Origin: Mobula hypostoma
Taxonomy: Eukaryota
Assembly: GCF_963921235.1 (NCBI RefSeq)
Contig: NC_086098.1
Location: 24,180,001 to 24,244,000 of the forward strand
Direction of reading: 5' to 3'
Length of the DNA stretch: 64,000 bases
Notes under the pieces: generated by a model
The model's input: the letters and a program-made list of their open reading frames with translations, nothing else
Told to the model about the DNA's origin: nothing
The model's database searches: none
Translations under genes and position numbers: made by a program
Shown: positions 48,283-59,530 of the stretch, one piece after another
How positions within the stretch are numbered: position 1 is the first letter of the stretch
How the letters are laid out: each line of letters opens with the position of its first letter

Positions 48283-50714
48283 CGGCTGGCATTGGTACAC
48301 AGTACATATGGCAACTGGCAGTTTGCAAAGGCCAACATAGGTGCTTTAGTCAGCAACTCTTTCAGCAGATGAAAGGCCTCTTCACATTTTGCATCCCTTT
48401 TTTCTCTGAAGGGCTGATAAACTTTACCTTCTCCTTTCAGTCTCTTCCCCTTCTTCCCCAGGGTAACCACACAGAAGCTGATCTGGAGTAGTCCTTCACA
48501 TCTCTGGTAGTACCTGCAGAATCTAAGGAATGAGCGTAGAGCACTCACATTCTTGGCCCTTGGCCATGTGGTCACCACCTCTATCTTGGACGGATCCATA
48601 GCTACTCCATCTGTGAGACTATGTGCTCGATGTAGCTGACTGACTTACAGAACTGGCACTTGTCTAGATGAGGTGGTAAATGTGGGTTCTTTTTTAACAT
48701 TTAAGAATAAATTGGACAGATACATGGATGGGAAGTGTATGGAGGGATATGGTCCGTGTGCAGGTCAGTGGGACTAGGCAGAAAATGGTTTGGCACAGCC
48801 AAGAAGGGCCAAAAGGCCTGTTTCTGTGCTGTGGTTTCTATGGTTTATGGACAGATTTAATCCTTCTGGTTTCAGGCAGTCTAGCACATTCAGTAGCCTT
48901 GTTTTGTGCTCCACCAGTGTGGATCTGAACACTATGAGATCATCCAAGTACACCAGTACCTCAAGCAAGTTCATGTCCCCAATAGTCTTCTCCATGACAT
49001 GTTGGAAAGTAGCCATTGCTTCTGATATGCCCTGGGGCATTCTTTCAAACTGAAAGAATCCAAGTGGACATATAAGTGCCATCTTCTTTTTGCCAGCTTC
49101 ACTCATGGGTATCTGTTAATACCCATTCCTTAGGTCCAGCACACTGAATCATTTTGCTCTGTTCAGGCAGGCCAGAGCATCCTCGATCCGTAAAACAGTA
49201 TATTGGTCAGGGACTACGCCAGTTCAGCGTCTGATAGTCAACATACATTTGTACCTTCCCATTCTTCTTTCTCACCATCACTATGGGAACACATAGGGAC
49301 TCCTTGACTCAGTGATAATTCCAGCTCCCTTCGGTTTTAGCAGATGCTGCCAAACATTTCACCTCCGCTGATGCCAACCATCGAGACCTTTCTCTGAAAG
49401 GGGTAATCCTCTGCCACTCGGATGGTGTGGCGAGTACTCTTGGAGCAACCCACATCAAACTCTTCAGTAGAAAAGCCATCGTCGAACTTCAGCATCTTCT
49501 CCAGCAGTCTTCTTGACAATCACCGCTATCCTGTTTACGTGTACAGCTGAAGGTTTCTGCATTTCAGGTCTCACCAGCGCCCCAGCAAGTAAGTGTGACT
49601 CTTCTTCATGATCCTCTGGAGCATCCAGAACAAGGGCCTCTGCATCAGGCATTCCTGAGGATTTGGGGTTTTCCCATCACTCCAGCTACTTCCCTGGGAT
49701 GTAACACGGCAGGTTTGGGCTGGGTGTGCCTTGTTTATGATCATCCTGATTAGGAGAAACAGGTACCTTCTCAAAAACAGCTCTGAACACCGGGTGAGTA
49801 GACAAATTCTCACCATTTCTCTCCAACAAGCCTTCTCACAATGGGAGTATTTGTTCCCACAATAATGGAAGCATCACCCTTTTCAAGTCCAGACAGACCA
49901 ACACTGATGTATCAAAGGCCTCAGCTACTCCAATATCTGCTTCCAAAAACCCCTGTTTCAATGACAAGTAACCATCATATGGGTGATCATCGGTACTAAG
50001 GCCCCAAATTTCTAGCACACTGAGTGGCGTCACTGGTAAATGCATCAAATACCGGTTGTAAAGGGATGTGTATAGAAGAGTAGCCTGAGAACCTGTGTCA
50101 AGTATGGCTCTTGCATAACTGCCCTCAATCTGTATGGATACACCAGAGCTTAGCCCCACTAAGCCTTCAGGTAAAGGGTTTTGCACTTTGGGGTTTTCCT
50201 TGATACACTGATTGCAATGTGATCCCCCCAGGACGCCAGGCCATTTCCTTACTGGGTCTCTCCGAAGTTTCCTGACTTCCTATTCTGTTTAAGTAACCGT
50301 TGGGTCACTTTCTGAAGGTTTTCCTGTCCTTCACATTCCCACTTGAAATGTCCAGCCTCACCAGAGTTGTATCAGAAAAATACTAGTCACTTCCCTGGTT
50401 AAAGAACCCTTGTCAGTAGCAGCCTTCTGCTTAGTACATCTTACCAGTGTGTCCAGTTTCCTATCGGACTTGTCACGCTTGGTGGCAGCACTAGCCAACA
50501 TGAACCGAGATACTTCTGCTTGCAGGCTTTTCACTACTTCCTGCAAAACCCCGCTTGTGTGGCATCAGGGGTCACTTCAGCAACTGAGGCTATTACTGAG
50601 GGCTTTGTCCTGCTGATGGAGGCCTCCCACTTCTCCATCATGTTTTCCTCCTCTGATCAGCTCTTATGAGGGATGGGGGCACGCCTTATGAGACATTCAA
50701 ATGCTTAAAGCAAT

Positions 50715-50845
50715 CATGAGGAAATCTGCAGATGCTGGAAATTCAAGCAACACACACAAATTGCTGGTGGAACGCAGCAGGTCAGGCAGCATCTATAGGA
50801 AGAGGTACAGTTGATGTTTCGGGCCGAGACCCTTTGTCAGGACTA
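50715..50845 (-). mobile_element. Penelope-like terminal repeat with a mutated hammerhead motif
   Basis: Minus strand agtcctgacaaagggtctcggcccgaaacatcaact (G8-to-A and other CpG-type changes). Confidence 0.8.
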
Positions 50846-51314
50846 CTTGCTCCATCCCTAATTGATTTATCTCAGCCAAGTTTACGGCACAGGCAATGCA
50901 GTTGTCTCTCTAGCCTGAAAATGCAGGCAGAAGGTTCCTCCCCTTTCTCCTGGAATGTGTGCCTGAACATTATCATAAGCTCAGCTGTCCGTCGTGCCTA
51001 AAACACTTTCTAACTCTTGCACATAGCCCACGGATGAGACCAATGGGTTCTCTGCCTTTAAGGGCCTCACCACCTCAGCAGCTGAACCTTTTAAACTCTC
51101 CACCAGTTGCTGTCTTTTCATATAATCTGAGCACTGCCAGTCCTCTAGTAACTGAGACGTCTGCTCTACCCAAGTCTGATATTTCTCCTCCCAAAAACAT
51201 TTCCAGCCTGTGACAACTTTCCCTCTCTACCTGTACACTTTGGCATTTTCCTACCAGGGATGTAATTACCGAATCCAACCCAGAATTTTCACCACCAGCT
51301 GAAGAGCCCATTAG

Positions 51315-52585
51315 GCAGACATCCCACCCTGCAAAAACTCATTTCAGGGAGGTATCACCACCATTTCAGGGAGGTAACCCCCCCCCCCACCATCGACCTC
51401 CAAGGGTGTATGTAATACTTTGTTTAGTGACTTTGTCTAATCTGTAAACCAAGTTGGGTATATGCAGCAAATGTGACATTAAAATATGTACTTATATTAT
51501 ATTATCATGTTTATTCTATTACAACTTTAAGCAAGTCTACAGGGAGTTTGGCCTCATCATGTGGGACATCAATAGCATAGCTCCTTAGCAGCTAGCCAGC
51601 TAGTTTAAATAATGTTAGCTATGCTAATGAACGAATGACACCTGTTAAACTCACCTCAACATGTCTTTTACACTTTAACCCACCATGGACAATAGAAAAG
51701 TCACTTTTGCAAACAGTGCAGCGAGCAACAGAGTCATTATTTTTGAGGTCGACTGTAAAGCCCGCCCACAGAGAAAACTGATAGGTCTACTTAGCAGGGG
51801 TCCCCAACATATTCTGCACCGCAGACCGGTTTAATATTGACAATATTCTTGCGGACCAGTCGACCGGGGGGGGAGGGGTGTTAATCCCAAGTGGAATATA
51901 AGTGATAAGTTAATAGCATTCATAACATTTTAAGTAACATTTGGATATTAAACACACAGCGCATATTTTCCCCATATGAACATATAAAATCATTGCAACA
52001 CACCAATATCGCTGAATCAGTGGGAGCCCTGGGCTTGTTCTCCTGCAACAAGACGGTACCATGGAGGGGTGATGGGAGACAGCGATACTCGAACGGGGTT
52101 AGTTATGTCCAGTCTATTCCGCAATTTAGTTTGCGTTGCATTCATTGCCGAAAACTCCGCTTCGCAGCGATATGATGTTGGAAATGGAAGCAACGTTTTC
52201 AGTGCTTTCGTGGCTATCTCAGGATATTTAGCCTTGACTTTGATCCAGAATGCCGGCAGAGATGTTATGTCAAACATACTTTTCAGCCCGCCGTCATTTG
52301 CAAGCTCGAGGAGTTGATCTTTTTCCCGCGCTGACATGGATGACGCGCGGGTAATGACCTCACGTGCAAATGACTCATATCGTTTCATACTGCCAAATCA
52401 TATTGTTTCCTCACGGCCCGGTGGTTGGGAACCACTCTTAGCACGAAGAGAGACCAATCAGGATGCTCGCACTCCCTCTCAAGAAAATCTATTTCCGGGA
52501 TATTGTACATAATTTCCGGGCGTCAGAGAACCACTATCGATCCGCGGGAGACTCCCGGAACTTCCGGGAGAGGTGGGATGTCTGC
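51315..52585. mobile_element. Non-autonomous DNA transposon with 14-bp TIR and 5-bp TSD
   Basis: GCAGACATCCCACC...GGTGGGATGTCTGC; ATTAG at 51310-51314 and 52586-52590; subterminal (c)gggag repeats. Confidence 0.85.
51795..52436 (-). mobile_element. Internally deleted hAT Charlie/Buster element
   Basis: Ends caggggtccccaac and gttgggaaccact; ORF 52017-52388 encodes a hAT dimerisation domain (FWIKVKAKYPEIATKALKTLLPFPTSYRCEAEFS). Confidence 0.88.
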
Positions 52586-53074
52586 ATTAGGCCTTTCATA
52601 TCAGACAATATCTACCCCCTCACTTCACAGAAATGAGAACTTGTCTTTAAATTCTTCACCCTCAGCTACATTCCCCACTTCTCTAAAAGTATGGACGGCC
52701 CATGGCCCCACCTCACCATGTGTCTATACACTATCAGGCAGCACAACTTCAGTCATGTCACCACTAGTCTGGACTAACACAACATCCTTATCCACCAATT
52801 GATCAAAACGCCATCCAGCCAGCGTAACTTTCCTCAATTCTTTCACAGAACTTAACACTCTAATTAGCAATTCATCAGGGCTGCGGATACCCACCCTGCT
52901 CAGAACACAAGCATTATTTGTGGATAATCTCTTTGAATCACACTAAAGTTTATCAATCCCTAAGGCATCCATAATAAAGTACCTTAATCACTTTCCCCAA
53001 CACTAGTTTAAACAGAGTCTTAAACACACAAACCACTTAATTAATTCTTACAGCAATAATACAACATTCAGCGA

Positions 53075-53092
53075 ATTCCAGCCAGGCCTCCA
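53075..53092 (-). other. Primer-binding site, probably tRNA-Thr
   Basis: Minus strand TGGAGGCCTGGCTGGAAT, 3 nt after the LTR end; 15/18 match to TGGAGGCCCCGCTGGGAT, the complement of the tRNA-Thr 3' end as I recall it. Confidence 0.6.
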
Positions 53093-53245
53093 CAATGAAG
53101 CCCCCTCACCGGGCTCATATAGAAACTTGGCTCATTAGCCAACTCTGCTAACAGCCAATGGACTCCACTGGTGAGAAGGCCACCTTTCTTAAACAAGGTC
53201 TAGGATCGCTATGATTTGGGACCAACCAAACAGCAAAGTTGGGAT

Positions 53246-54097
53246 CAATGTTCCCTCTAATTTTTAGTAGTCAAACTGCACAAAAATCTTACGTTGTGCC
53301 AATTTTTTCCTGTGACAAAAGTATGTGCACACTGAATACACACATGGCACGGTTTATGTAGGTTTGCAAAATATTTGAAATAAAACTGCACAGAACAACA
53401 ACAAAATAACATACATATTTAAGTCACTCAGCTACTTTTTCTCTCTCCTGTCTTTGGCATTTACCCATTCTTTGTAAGCTCTATCTAATAGAACTTTCAT
53501 CCAATTGATAGCTTTTGATTCTCATTAACATATCCAAATGACATTCACCCAAACGGGTTCTCAGCTTGTTTTTGAGTTAATTCATTAGGCTAAAACCTCG
53601 CTCACAGTCCGCACTAGACGCAAGGAAGGTTCCCCCAATGTTCATCAACTGTGCAAGGTCGCAAAACTGTTCATTTTGAAGTACAAATGCCACCATTTGA
53701 GCAAAGTTTGAAATCAGTTTGGATTTAATTTTTTCTTGCATGCAAAATTTGAAATCATTAAACTTACTTACAGTATTTTTTTCAATAAAAACTTAGTAAG
53801 CTATCTACAAGATTTGAAACAGATCTTTGTAAACTTTATGATATGAACACTGTCCGCCAAACAGGGCTGCCGCCGTGATGCAGCTGTGCAAACCGGAACA
53901 GGAAAGGTGAGGTGACGTAAATTAGTGACGTGCATTGTGGTATTTGAAAAACTGACTGACTAGTTAACAGAAACATTTAGCTAAAAGATTATTTTCAATA
54001 AGTATAATTATTAATTATTACATTATTTTAGGTAACTAACCTTTTGTGTGCACATTAATTTCCTTTGTGCGCTGGTTGAAAAACATGTGTGCGTGCT
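53246..54097 (-). mobile_element. hAT (Tip100/ZNF862-like) fragment inserted in the LTR
   Basis: TIR-like caatgttccctcta; minus-strand TFLASSADCERGFSLMN*LKNKLRTRL; second TIR not found. Confidence 0.75.
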
Positions 54098-54739
54098 TCA
54101 ATTAACAGAAGCCCGACTTCTGCGAATGCTGTGTAAATACTGCCCATACATAATTATCCGTTGGCAAGAAATAACAGATTGTACACTGCATACAATTTTA
54201 AAGAAAGTGTATTTCTAATTTCAGCTTTATCAACCAGTTATTAAGAGGAAAAGAAAAAGAAAAAATAAAAGGGTCCATTACAATTAAAACCAGTCTAAAT
54301 CGGCACATTATTGGAGCTCGTATCTTCCATAAGCTGGGTATGACCGTTACTCACGGTGCTGAATTCTCATCAACAATCACTGGCAGAGCTTCCCATCTTG
54401 GACTCCTTTGCCTCGCAAAGCACTCCTTGCAATGGCCTCTTCCTGCTGGATCGAATCCTATGGCTGTCTCTCCTGATCTTCTCCCCTCTCCATCTCCCGC
54501 AAAAAAGAGCACCAGTGTCCTTCATAACCTTCTCTCTGCCTAGCTTTCTCTAGAACCTTCTCCCAATTCCACCATCCTGATTAGCTGACACAACATTCCT
54601 AAGTTGAACATCATAGCCCCTTAGCTTTAACTGAAACCCAAACACTATCAGCAGGACATACTGCTGCTACAGAAAGCTACTAAATGAAATACCCTATAGT
54701 ATTAGCAGTAAAAATCTTAACCAGGGCATTACATAACCC

Positions 54740-55415
54740 CCAAAACCACATCCTTAATAATCGACTCCAACATCTTCCCAGCCACTGAGGTCAGACTAAC
54801 TGACCTATAATTTTCTTTCTTCTGCCTCCCTTCTTAAAGAGTAGAGGGGTATTTGCAATTTTCCAGTTTTCTGGTACCATTCCAGAATCTAGTGATTCTT
54901 GAAAGATCATTACTAATGCCTCCACAATCTCTTCAGCTACTTCTTTCAGAAACCTGGGGTGTACACCATCTGGTCTAGGTGATTACCTTCAGAGCTCGCA
55001 GTTTCCTATAAACCTTCTCCTTAGTAATGGCAATTTCACACACTTCATGACCCCTGACATTCTGGAACTTCCACCATACTGCCGGTGTTTTCCACAGTGA
55101 AATCTGATGCAAAATACTTATTCAGTTTGTCTGCCATTTCCTTGTCCCCCATTCCTACCTCTCCAGCATCATTTTCCAATGGTCCGATATCCACTCTCAA
55201 CTCTCCTTAACACTTCATGTATCGGATGAAACTTTTGGTATCCTCTTTAATATTGTTGACTAGCTTACTTTCGTATTCTATCTTTTCCTTCTTAATGACT
55301 TTTTAGTTGCCTTATGAAGTGTTTAAAAACTTCCCAATCCTCTAACTTTCCACTCATTTTTGCTCTATTATATCAACTTCTCTTTGGCTTTTATATTGGC
55401 TTTGACTTCTCGGTT
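54740..55415 (-). mobile_element. CR1 ORF2 internal fragment
   Basis: Reverse complement of MADKLNKYFASDFTVE and WKIAN-type sequence. Confidence 0.85.
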
Positions 55416-55419
55416 GCCA

Positions 55420-56295
55420 TGGCATACAGGAGGAAGATTGAAAAATTGGCTGAGTGCTGTCATAACAACAACCTCCTACTCAATGTCAACAAGACCAGTG
55501 AACTGATTATAGACTTCAGGAGAAGGAAACCAGTGGTCTGTGAGCCATTCCTCATCAGAAGATCAGAGATGGAGAAGGTTAACAGCTTCGAATTCCTGGG
55601 TATTACTACTTCAGTGGCCCAACACTTCAGTGCAATTGGGAAGAAAGCATAGCAGTGTCTCTACCTCCTTAGGAGTCTGTGGAGATTCTGCAATGACACC
55701 CAAAACTTTTGACAAACTTCTGTAGTTGTGTAGTGAAGAGTACATTGACTAGCTCCATCATGGGCTGGTATGGAGACACTGATGTCCTTGAGCTGCAGTA
55801 GGGAGTGGATCCTCGCAGTAAGTAGTGGATTTGGCCCAGAACTTCACTGGTAAAGCCCTCCCAACCATCCGAGCACATCTACGTGAAACACTGTCGTAGG
55901 AAAGCAGCATCCATCATCAGAGATCCCCACCACCCGGCCCATGCTCACTTCTCGCTGCTGCCATCAGGTAGAAGGTACAAGAGCCTCATGACTGACACCA
56001 CCAGTTTCATGAACAGTTACTACCCCTCAACCATCAGGCTCTTGATTAGAAGGGGATAACCACACTCACTTGCCCCATCATTGAAACGTTTCCAATGGCA
56101 TCACTTGAAGGACTCTGTGTCTCATTATCTCATGTTCTCGTTACTCATTGCTATTTATTTATATTTGCATTTTCACAGTTTGTTGTCTTCTGCACTGGTT
56201 GATCTTTCATTGATCCTGTTATAGTTGTTGAGTATGCCCACTGGAAAATGAATCTCAGGGGTGTATATGGTGACATATATGTACTTTGAACTCTG
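55420..56295 (+). mobile_element. Rex1/Babar-type LINE 3' end
   Basis: NNLLLNVNKTSELIIDFRR, IIRDPHHPAHAHFSLLPSGRRYKSL; tail ctttgaactctga. Confidence 0.87.
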
Positions 56296-56493
56296 AGTCA
56301 AAAGCATTAGCTCAAGTTGCTGGTTATTCGCTGTACGATAAGCGCAGATTCACTGTTTAAAAAAATAACCTAGAGCCGCGGAGCCCGGGTTTGGAGGTCA
56401 GAAACAATTCCATCTCCAAACCCGTCAACAGTTATCAGCGAAACTTCGCAAGCTGCTCGGCACCATTTCTTAACAACGACTGGGAACCTAATC

Positions 56494-56961
56494 TCACTCC
56501 AGCAGCGTGATGAGAACCTGATCGTCCCTTCCTTGCCACAGCATTTCCCCGTCAAAGTCAATCAGACCGTGTTTCCTCGCTCGTAAGAGAAGCCCCACCA
56601 CTTTATTGGAAATTGTCACATAGGCGTCAAACAATTTTCCAAACCTCACACAAATGTTCCCATCTGGACCGGATTCTCCGTTCTTTCTAATAATATACAA
56701 CAATTCCTCGATTTCTCTGTCGACCAGGCGCTGTGCATCTTTCCCCCTCCGCTCAGTTTTTGATCCTTTTTTCGGACGCCCGTATTCCTCTCCCGCTTTG
56801 TGCGGTTCCCAAGACGGGACATGGGCGCCACTGAAAGGATTACTCCTCTGGTACTCCCTGTGGTCACCAGCCCACTTCTGCCACCTCTGCCTCAGCGTCG
56901 CTATTCCGTGAGGTTCCGGCGTCCGCAGTTCGTCCTTGCGAACACTTTCACTCTCTCCCAT
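56494..56961 (-). CDS. Actin-binding Rho-activating protein-like (ABRA/STARS family, Costars domain), 155 aa
   Basis: RWQKWAGDH..NPFS, YGRPKKGSKTERR, FGKLFDAYVTISNKVVGLLLRARKHGLIDFDGEMLWQGRDDQVLITLLE*; first ATG at 56961 in strong Kozak context (gatATGG); in-frame stop upstream at 57019-57021; CpG-rich. Confidence 0.88.
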   Translation of the reverse strand: MGESESVRKDELRTPEPHGIATLRQRWQKWAGDHREYQRSNPFSGAHVPSWEPHKAGEEYGRPKKGSKTERRGKDAQRLVDREIEELLYIIRKNGESGPDGNICVRFGKLFDAYVTISNKVVGLLLRARKHGLIDFDGEMLWQGRDDQVLITLLE

Positions 56962-57119
56962 ATCCTTCTCCCGGACATTACAATCCTTCAATCCAGGAGA
57001 AGTTTTCGGAGTTACTCTTCAGTGTAGTCAACAGCTGGATTGAATTTGTTGCACATCATTCTCCTGAGTTGGGCAGATCATTTCCCGGCTAGTCTCAGCG
57101 TTTCTTTCCGAAACCCGAA

Positions 57120-57285
57120 AACCAATTGTTCCGCTGCACAGCTTTGCAAACCACCGGATCAGCAGATGCCGATCAGAACGAAGGCGAGGTGCTCATCATG
57201 ATCGACAAGTTAATCAACCAATAACTCGGCAAGCATCGCACCAATGGGCAAGAAAAACAGGGAACGGCGGCTGGCTATTGGACAA
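57120..57285 (-). promoter_or_regulatory. CCAAT-box cluster, putative promoter of the ABRA-like gene
   Basis: CCAAT at about 57122, 57218 and 57241, and ATTGG at 57277, within a CpG-rich zone. Confidence 0.45.
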
Positions 57286-57649
57286 TGTTTCACGTTACCG
57301 CCTTTAACCCCTTTATTGTTACGACCGCCTCTAGGTCAAATTGAGGATGGTTGGGGTTAATTTCTCCAGTCGAGAATGAGTAATGGTTGGGGGAATAATT
57401 AGAATACAGTGAAAAATAGCGCAAATCTGATGTTTCAATTAAGAGATTTTTTTTCAAGTGTTGTCGGATATTACAGGATAAATGAAAATCAGAACACTTA
57501 CTTGGGAGGAGCCGTTCCAAATCGATCGAGCGCTTGGACACCAAGACTGGCCAGGAATAAACAAGCAATGATAAATTTCATCAAGTGAACATGGTCATAA
57601 AAGTTAAACGTGCTGTGCGAAGCTAAGCTATGAAACTTTATATTTTAAT

Positions 57650-57822
57650 CACAAAATGCTGGAGGAACTCAGCAGGCCGCGGCCGACGTTTCGGGCCGAG
57701 ACTCTTCACTAGTCTCGTTGTCGACTGTTCACTCTTTTCCATAGATAATACCTGGCCTACTGAGTTCCTCCAGCATTTTGTGTGTTGCTTGGATTTCCAG
57801 CATCTGCAGATTTCTTTGTTTC
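57650..57822. mobile_element. Penelope-like remnant with inverted arms and 11-bp TSD
   Basis: cacaaaatgctggaggaactcag versus ctgagttcctccagcattttgtg; tatattttaat at 57639-57649 and 57823-57833. Confidence 0.78.
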
Positions 57823-58664
57823 TATATTTTAATGTTTTCCTGAGAGGAGGGAAATGTTAATGCTGCGACGGGGAAAGAGGAAAATGATAAGATGAAAAGG
57901 AATGGTGTTAACTAAATTAGCTTCACATTTTCTCATATTTGCCTACGACGTTCGGATCTAATCAGTCCATTTTATACATGACGGCTTTCCCAATTATTTT
58001 CTTGTATTATCACTCGAAATTAATGTCACGTTGTCCAAATAATATACACTTATAGTTGATATATAGGTTATCAAGGGAAGCTAAAATGGAAATATAAACG
58101 ACACTGGCAACAATATTTTAATCTTCATTAGATGTGGGAGTGATTCAGGGGATCTGGAAGACTGAAAATATTATATCCCTTTTCGGAAAACGAAAGAACA
58201 AACAGCACAACCTGTGTAACATCGATAGTGGAATTATCACTCAAGGTCATTGGCAAAGGCAGAATTAATTATCACATGCATTAAGAACAGCCAGCATGTA
58301 TTTGTTAAGTGCAGTACATCTCACCCTGCCTAATCTGATTTAGTTCTATATCACAATAGTGGAGGGTTGATGGAAACTTTATAAATAGACTTACAGAGAA
58401 ATATGAAAATGAAGTATTACCGGCCAGACTCATTCAGAAAACAGAAGCGCGCGTTATTAAAACGACAGTGATAACTTGTTCCTGTAAATTCAAGTTTAAT
58501 TGTCATTCAACCATGCATGCATACTTATGAATACAGCCGAACTCTAGCATCTGTTAGCGCTATTGCAGCATTACTCCGGGGCCAAGGTGCAAATGCAGTA
58601 TCACCAGTACGAGGCATATAAAGCACATACAGAAAGCAAACACAGATAAGGTATCAATGAATCA

Positions 58665-58745
58665 TAAACACGAGAAATTCTGCAGGTGTTGGAAATTAAA
58701 AGCAAGACACATGAAATGCTGGAGAACTCAGCAGGTCAGGCAGCA
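58665..58745 (-). mobile_element. Penelope-like terminal fragment
   Basis: aaacacgagaaattctgcaggtgttggaaat...atgctggagaactcagcaggtcaggcagcat. Confidence 0.7.
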
Positions 58746-59139
58746 TTGTTACAGCAGTCTACAGTCGAGCACAATGATACTTGTCTTCTGCTGAGTGAAC
58801 ACTAGAGGGCAGCACCGACTACGCAAATGATATCAAGAAGTTGATTTAGGAGAAAATAAAATTGCTATAACATGTTTCGTGGACGATATAAGAAATTTTG
58901 GATGGAAGGAGGAAACTAATTTCTACTTCATGTCTGAATTTAGTTTTTAAAATGATTTTTTGGTATTAAAACATTAGCTTATTTTAAGTTGCCGAAGACC
59001 ATTTCAAAACAAATATTTCACAGGCAACAAATGTAAGTTTAAGAGCCTAAAGAACTCAAACAATAATTCGAATGGACATAATTTTAAGCAATAAGTATTA
59101 ATCAGTGGGTTGTAATGAAAGAGTTTGAGTGCTGTTTAA

Positions 59140-59530
59140 TAGTCGGTCCCGGAACTGATTTTCGGTGTTGAGGGTGCCTGCAGGTCTGGGATGTTGTTTG
59201 TGACGGATGCGAAGATGGCGCTGTCCAGTGGGTTCTTGGGTCGGAGGTTTTTGCTTCTTTTAGCCCAGGAAAACGTGGAGTTCCGGCTCCCGGTGAGTTC
59301 CCGGTGTCGGGAGCGGGGCTGTAGGTTTCACATCGGTCACGCAGTCTCGAAGCGGTTTAATTGTGGGCAGTGACTGCGGGGAAAGCCCGGAGAGTCGCGC
59401 TTGGGGATAGGAGACTGCCGCCTGTCTACGGAGGAATCTCGGCGGATCGAGACCCTGCCTGTGGACTCAGTTCCCCGAGTAAAATTGTTTGATGCTCCTG
59501 CGCTTGGTGTATTGACTGCAGCGGAAAAGG
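59140..59530. promoter_or_regulatory. CpG island and promoter of TRMT11
   Basis: CpG-dense; ETS-like ccggaa near 59149; YY1-type aagatggcg overlapping the ATG. Confidence 0.65.
59215..59292 (+). CDS. TRMT11: TRMT11 exon 1 (tRNA m2G10 methyltransferase)
   Basis: aagATGG; MALSSGFLGRRFLLLLAQENVEFRLP then gtgagt; resembles human MALSCTLNRYLLLMAQEHLEFRLP; NCOA7-HINT3-TRMT11 synteny; no further exon found in the window. Confidence 0.9.

Larger units (their letters stand above)
48283..54733 (-). mobile_element. Truncated, decayed Ty3/Gypsy LTR retrotransposon with PNMA-like gag
   Basis: 5' LTR at about 53096-54733 (interrupted), PBS, gag from ATG 52972, degenerate CCHC knuckle at about 50340-50380, protease AILDTGS, RT FERMPQG and YLDD, RNase H start LCTNAS; no integrase or 3' LTR visible. 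Confidence 0.88.

Noticed and set aside
48063-48599. 178-aa ORF as a novel Gypsy-CR1 fusion protein
   Set aside because: Chance in-frame junction between a truncated Gypsy pol and a CR1 3' fragment, both decayed
50270-52972. Functional PNMA-like host gene
   Set aside because: The gag is broken by stops and by nested transposon insertions
56494-56991. ABRACL, or the 165-aa ORF-track start
   Set aside because: ABRACL is a roughly 80-aa Costars-only protein lacking the RWQxWA/NPFS/YGRPK region present here; the track start at 56991 is TTG and the first ATG is 56961
59191-59373. 60-aa ORF, or upstream ATG 59191 as the TRMT11 start
   Set aside because: Homology begins at ATG 59215, which has a strong Kozak context, and ends at the gtgagt donor at 59293
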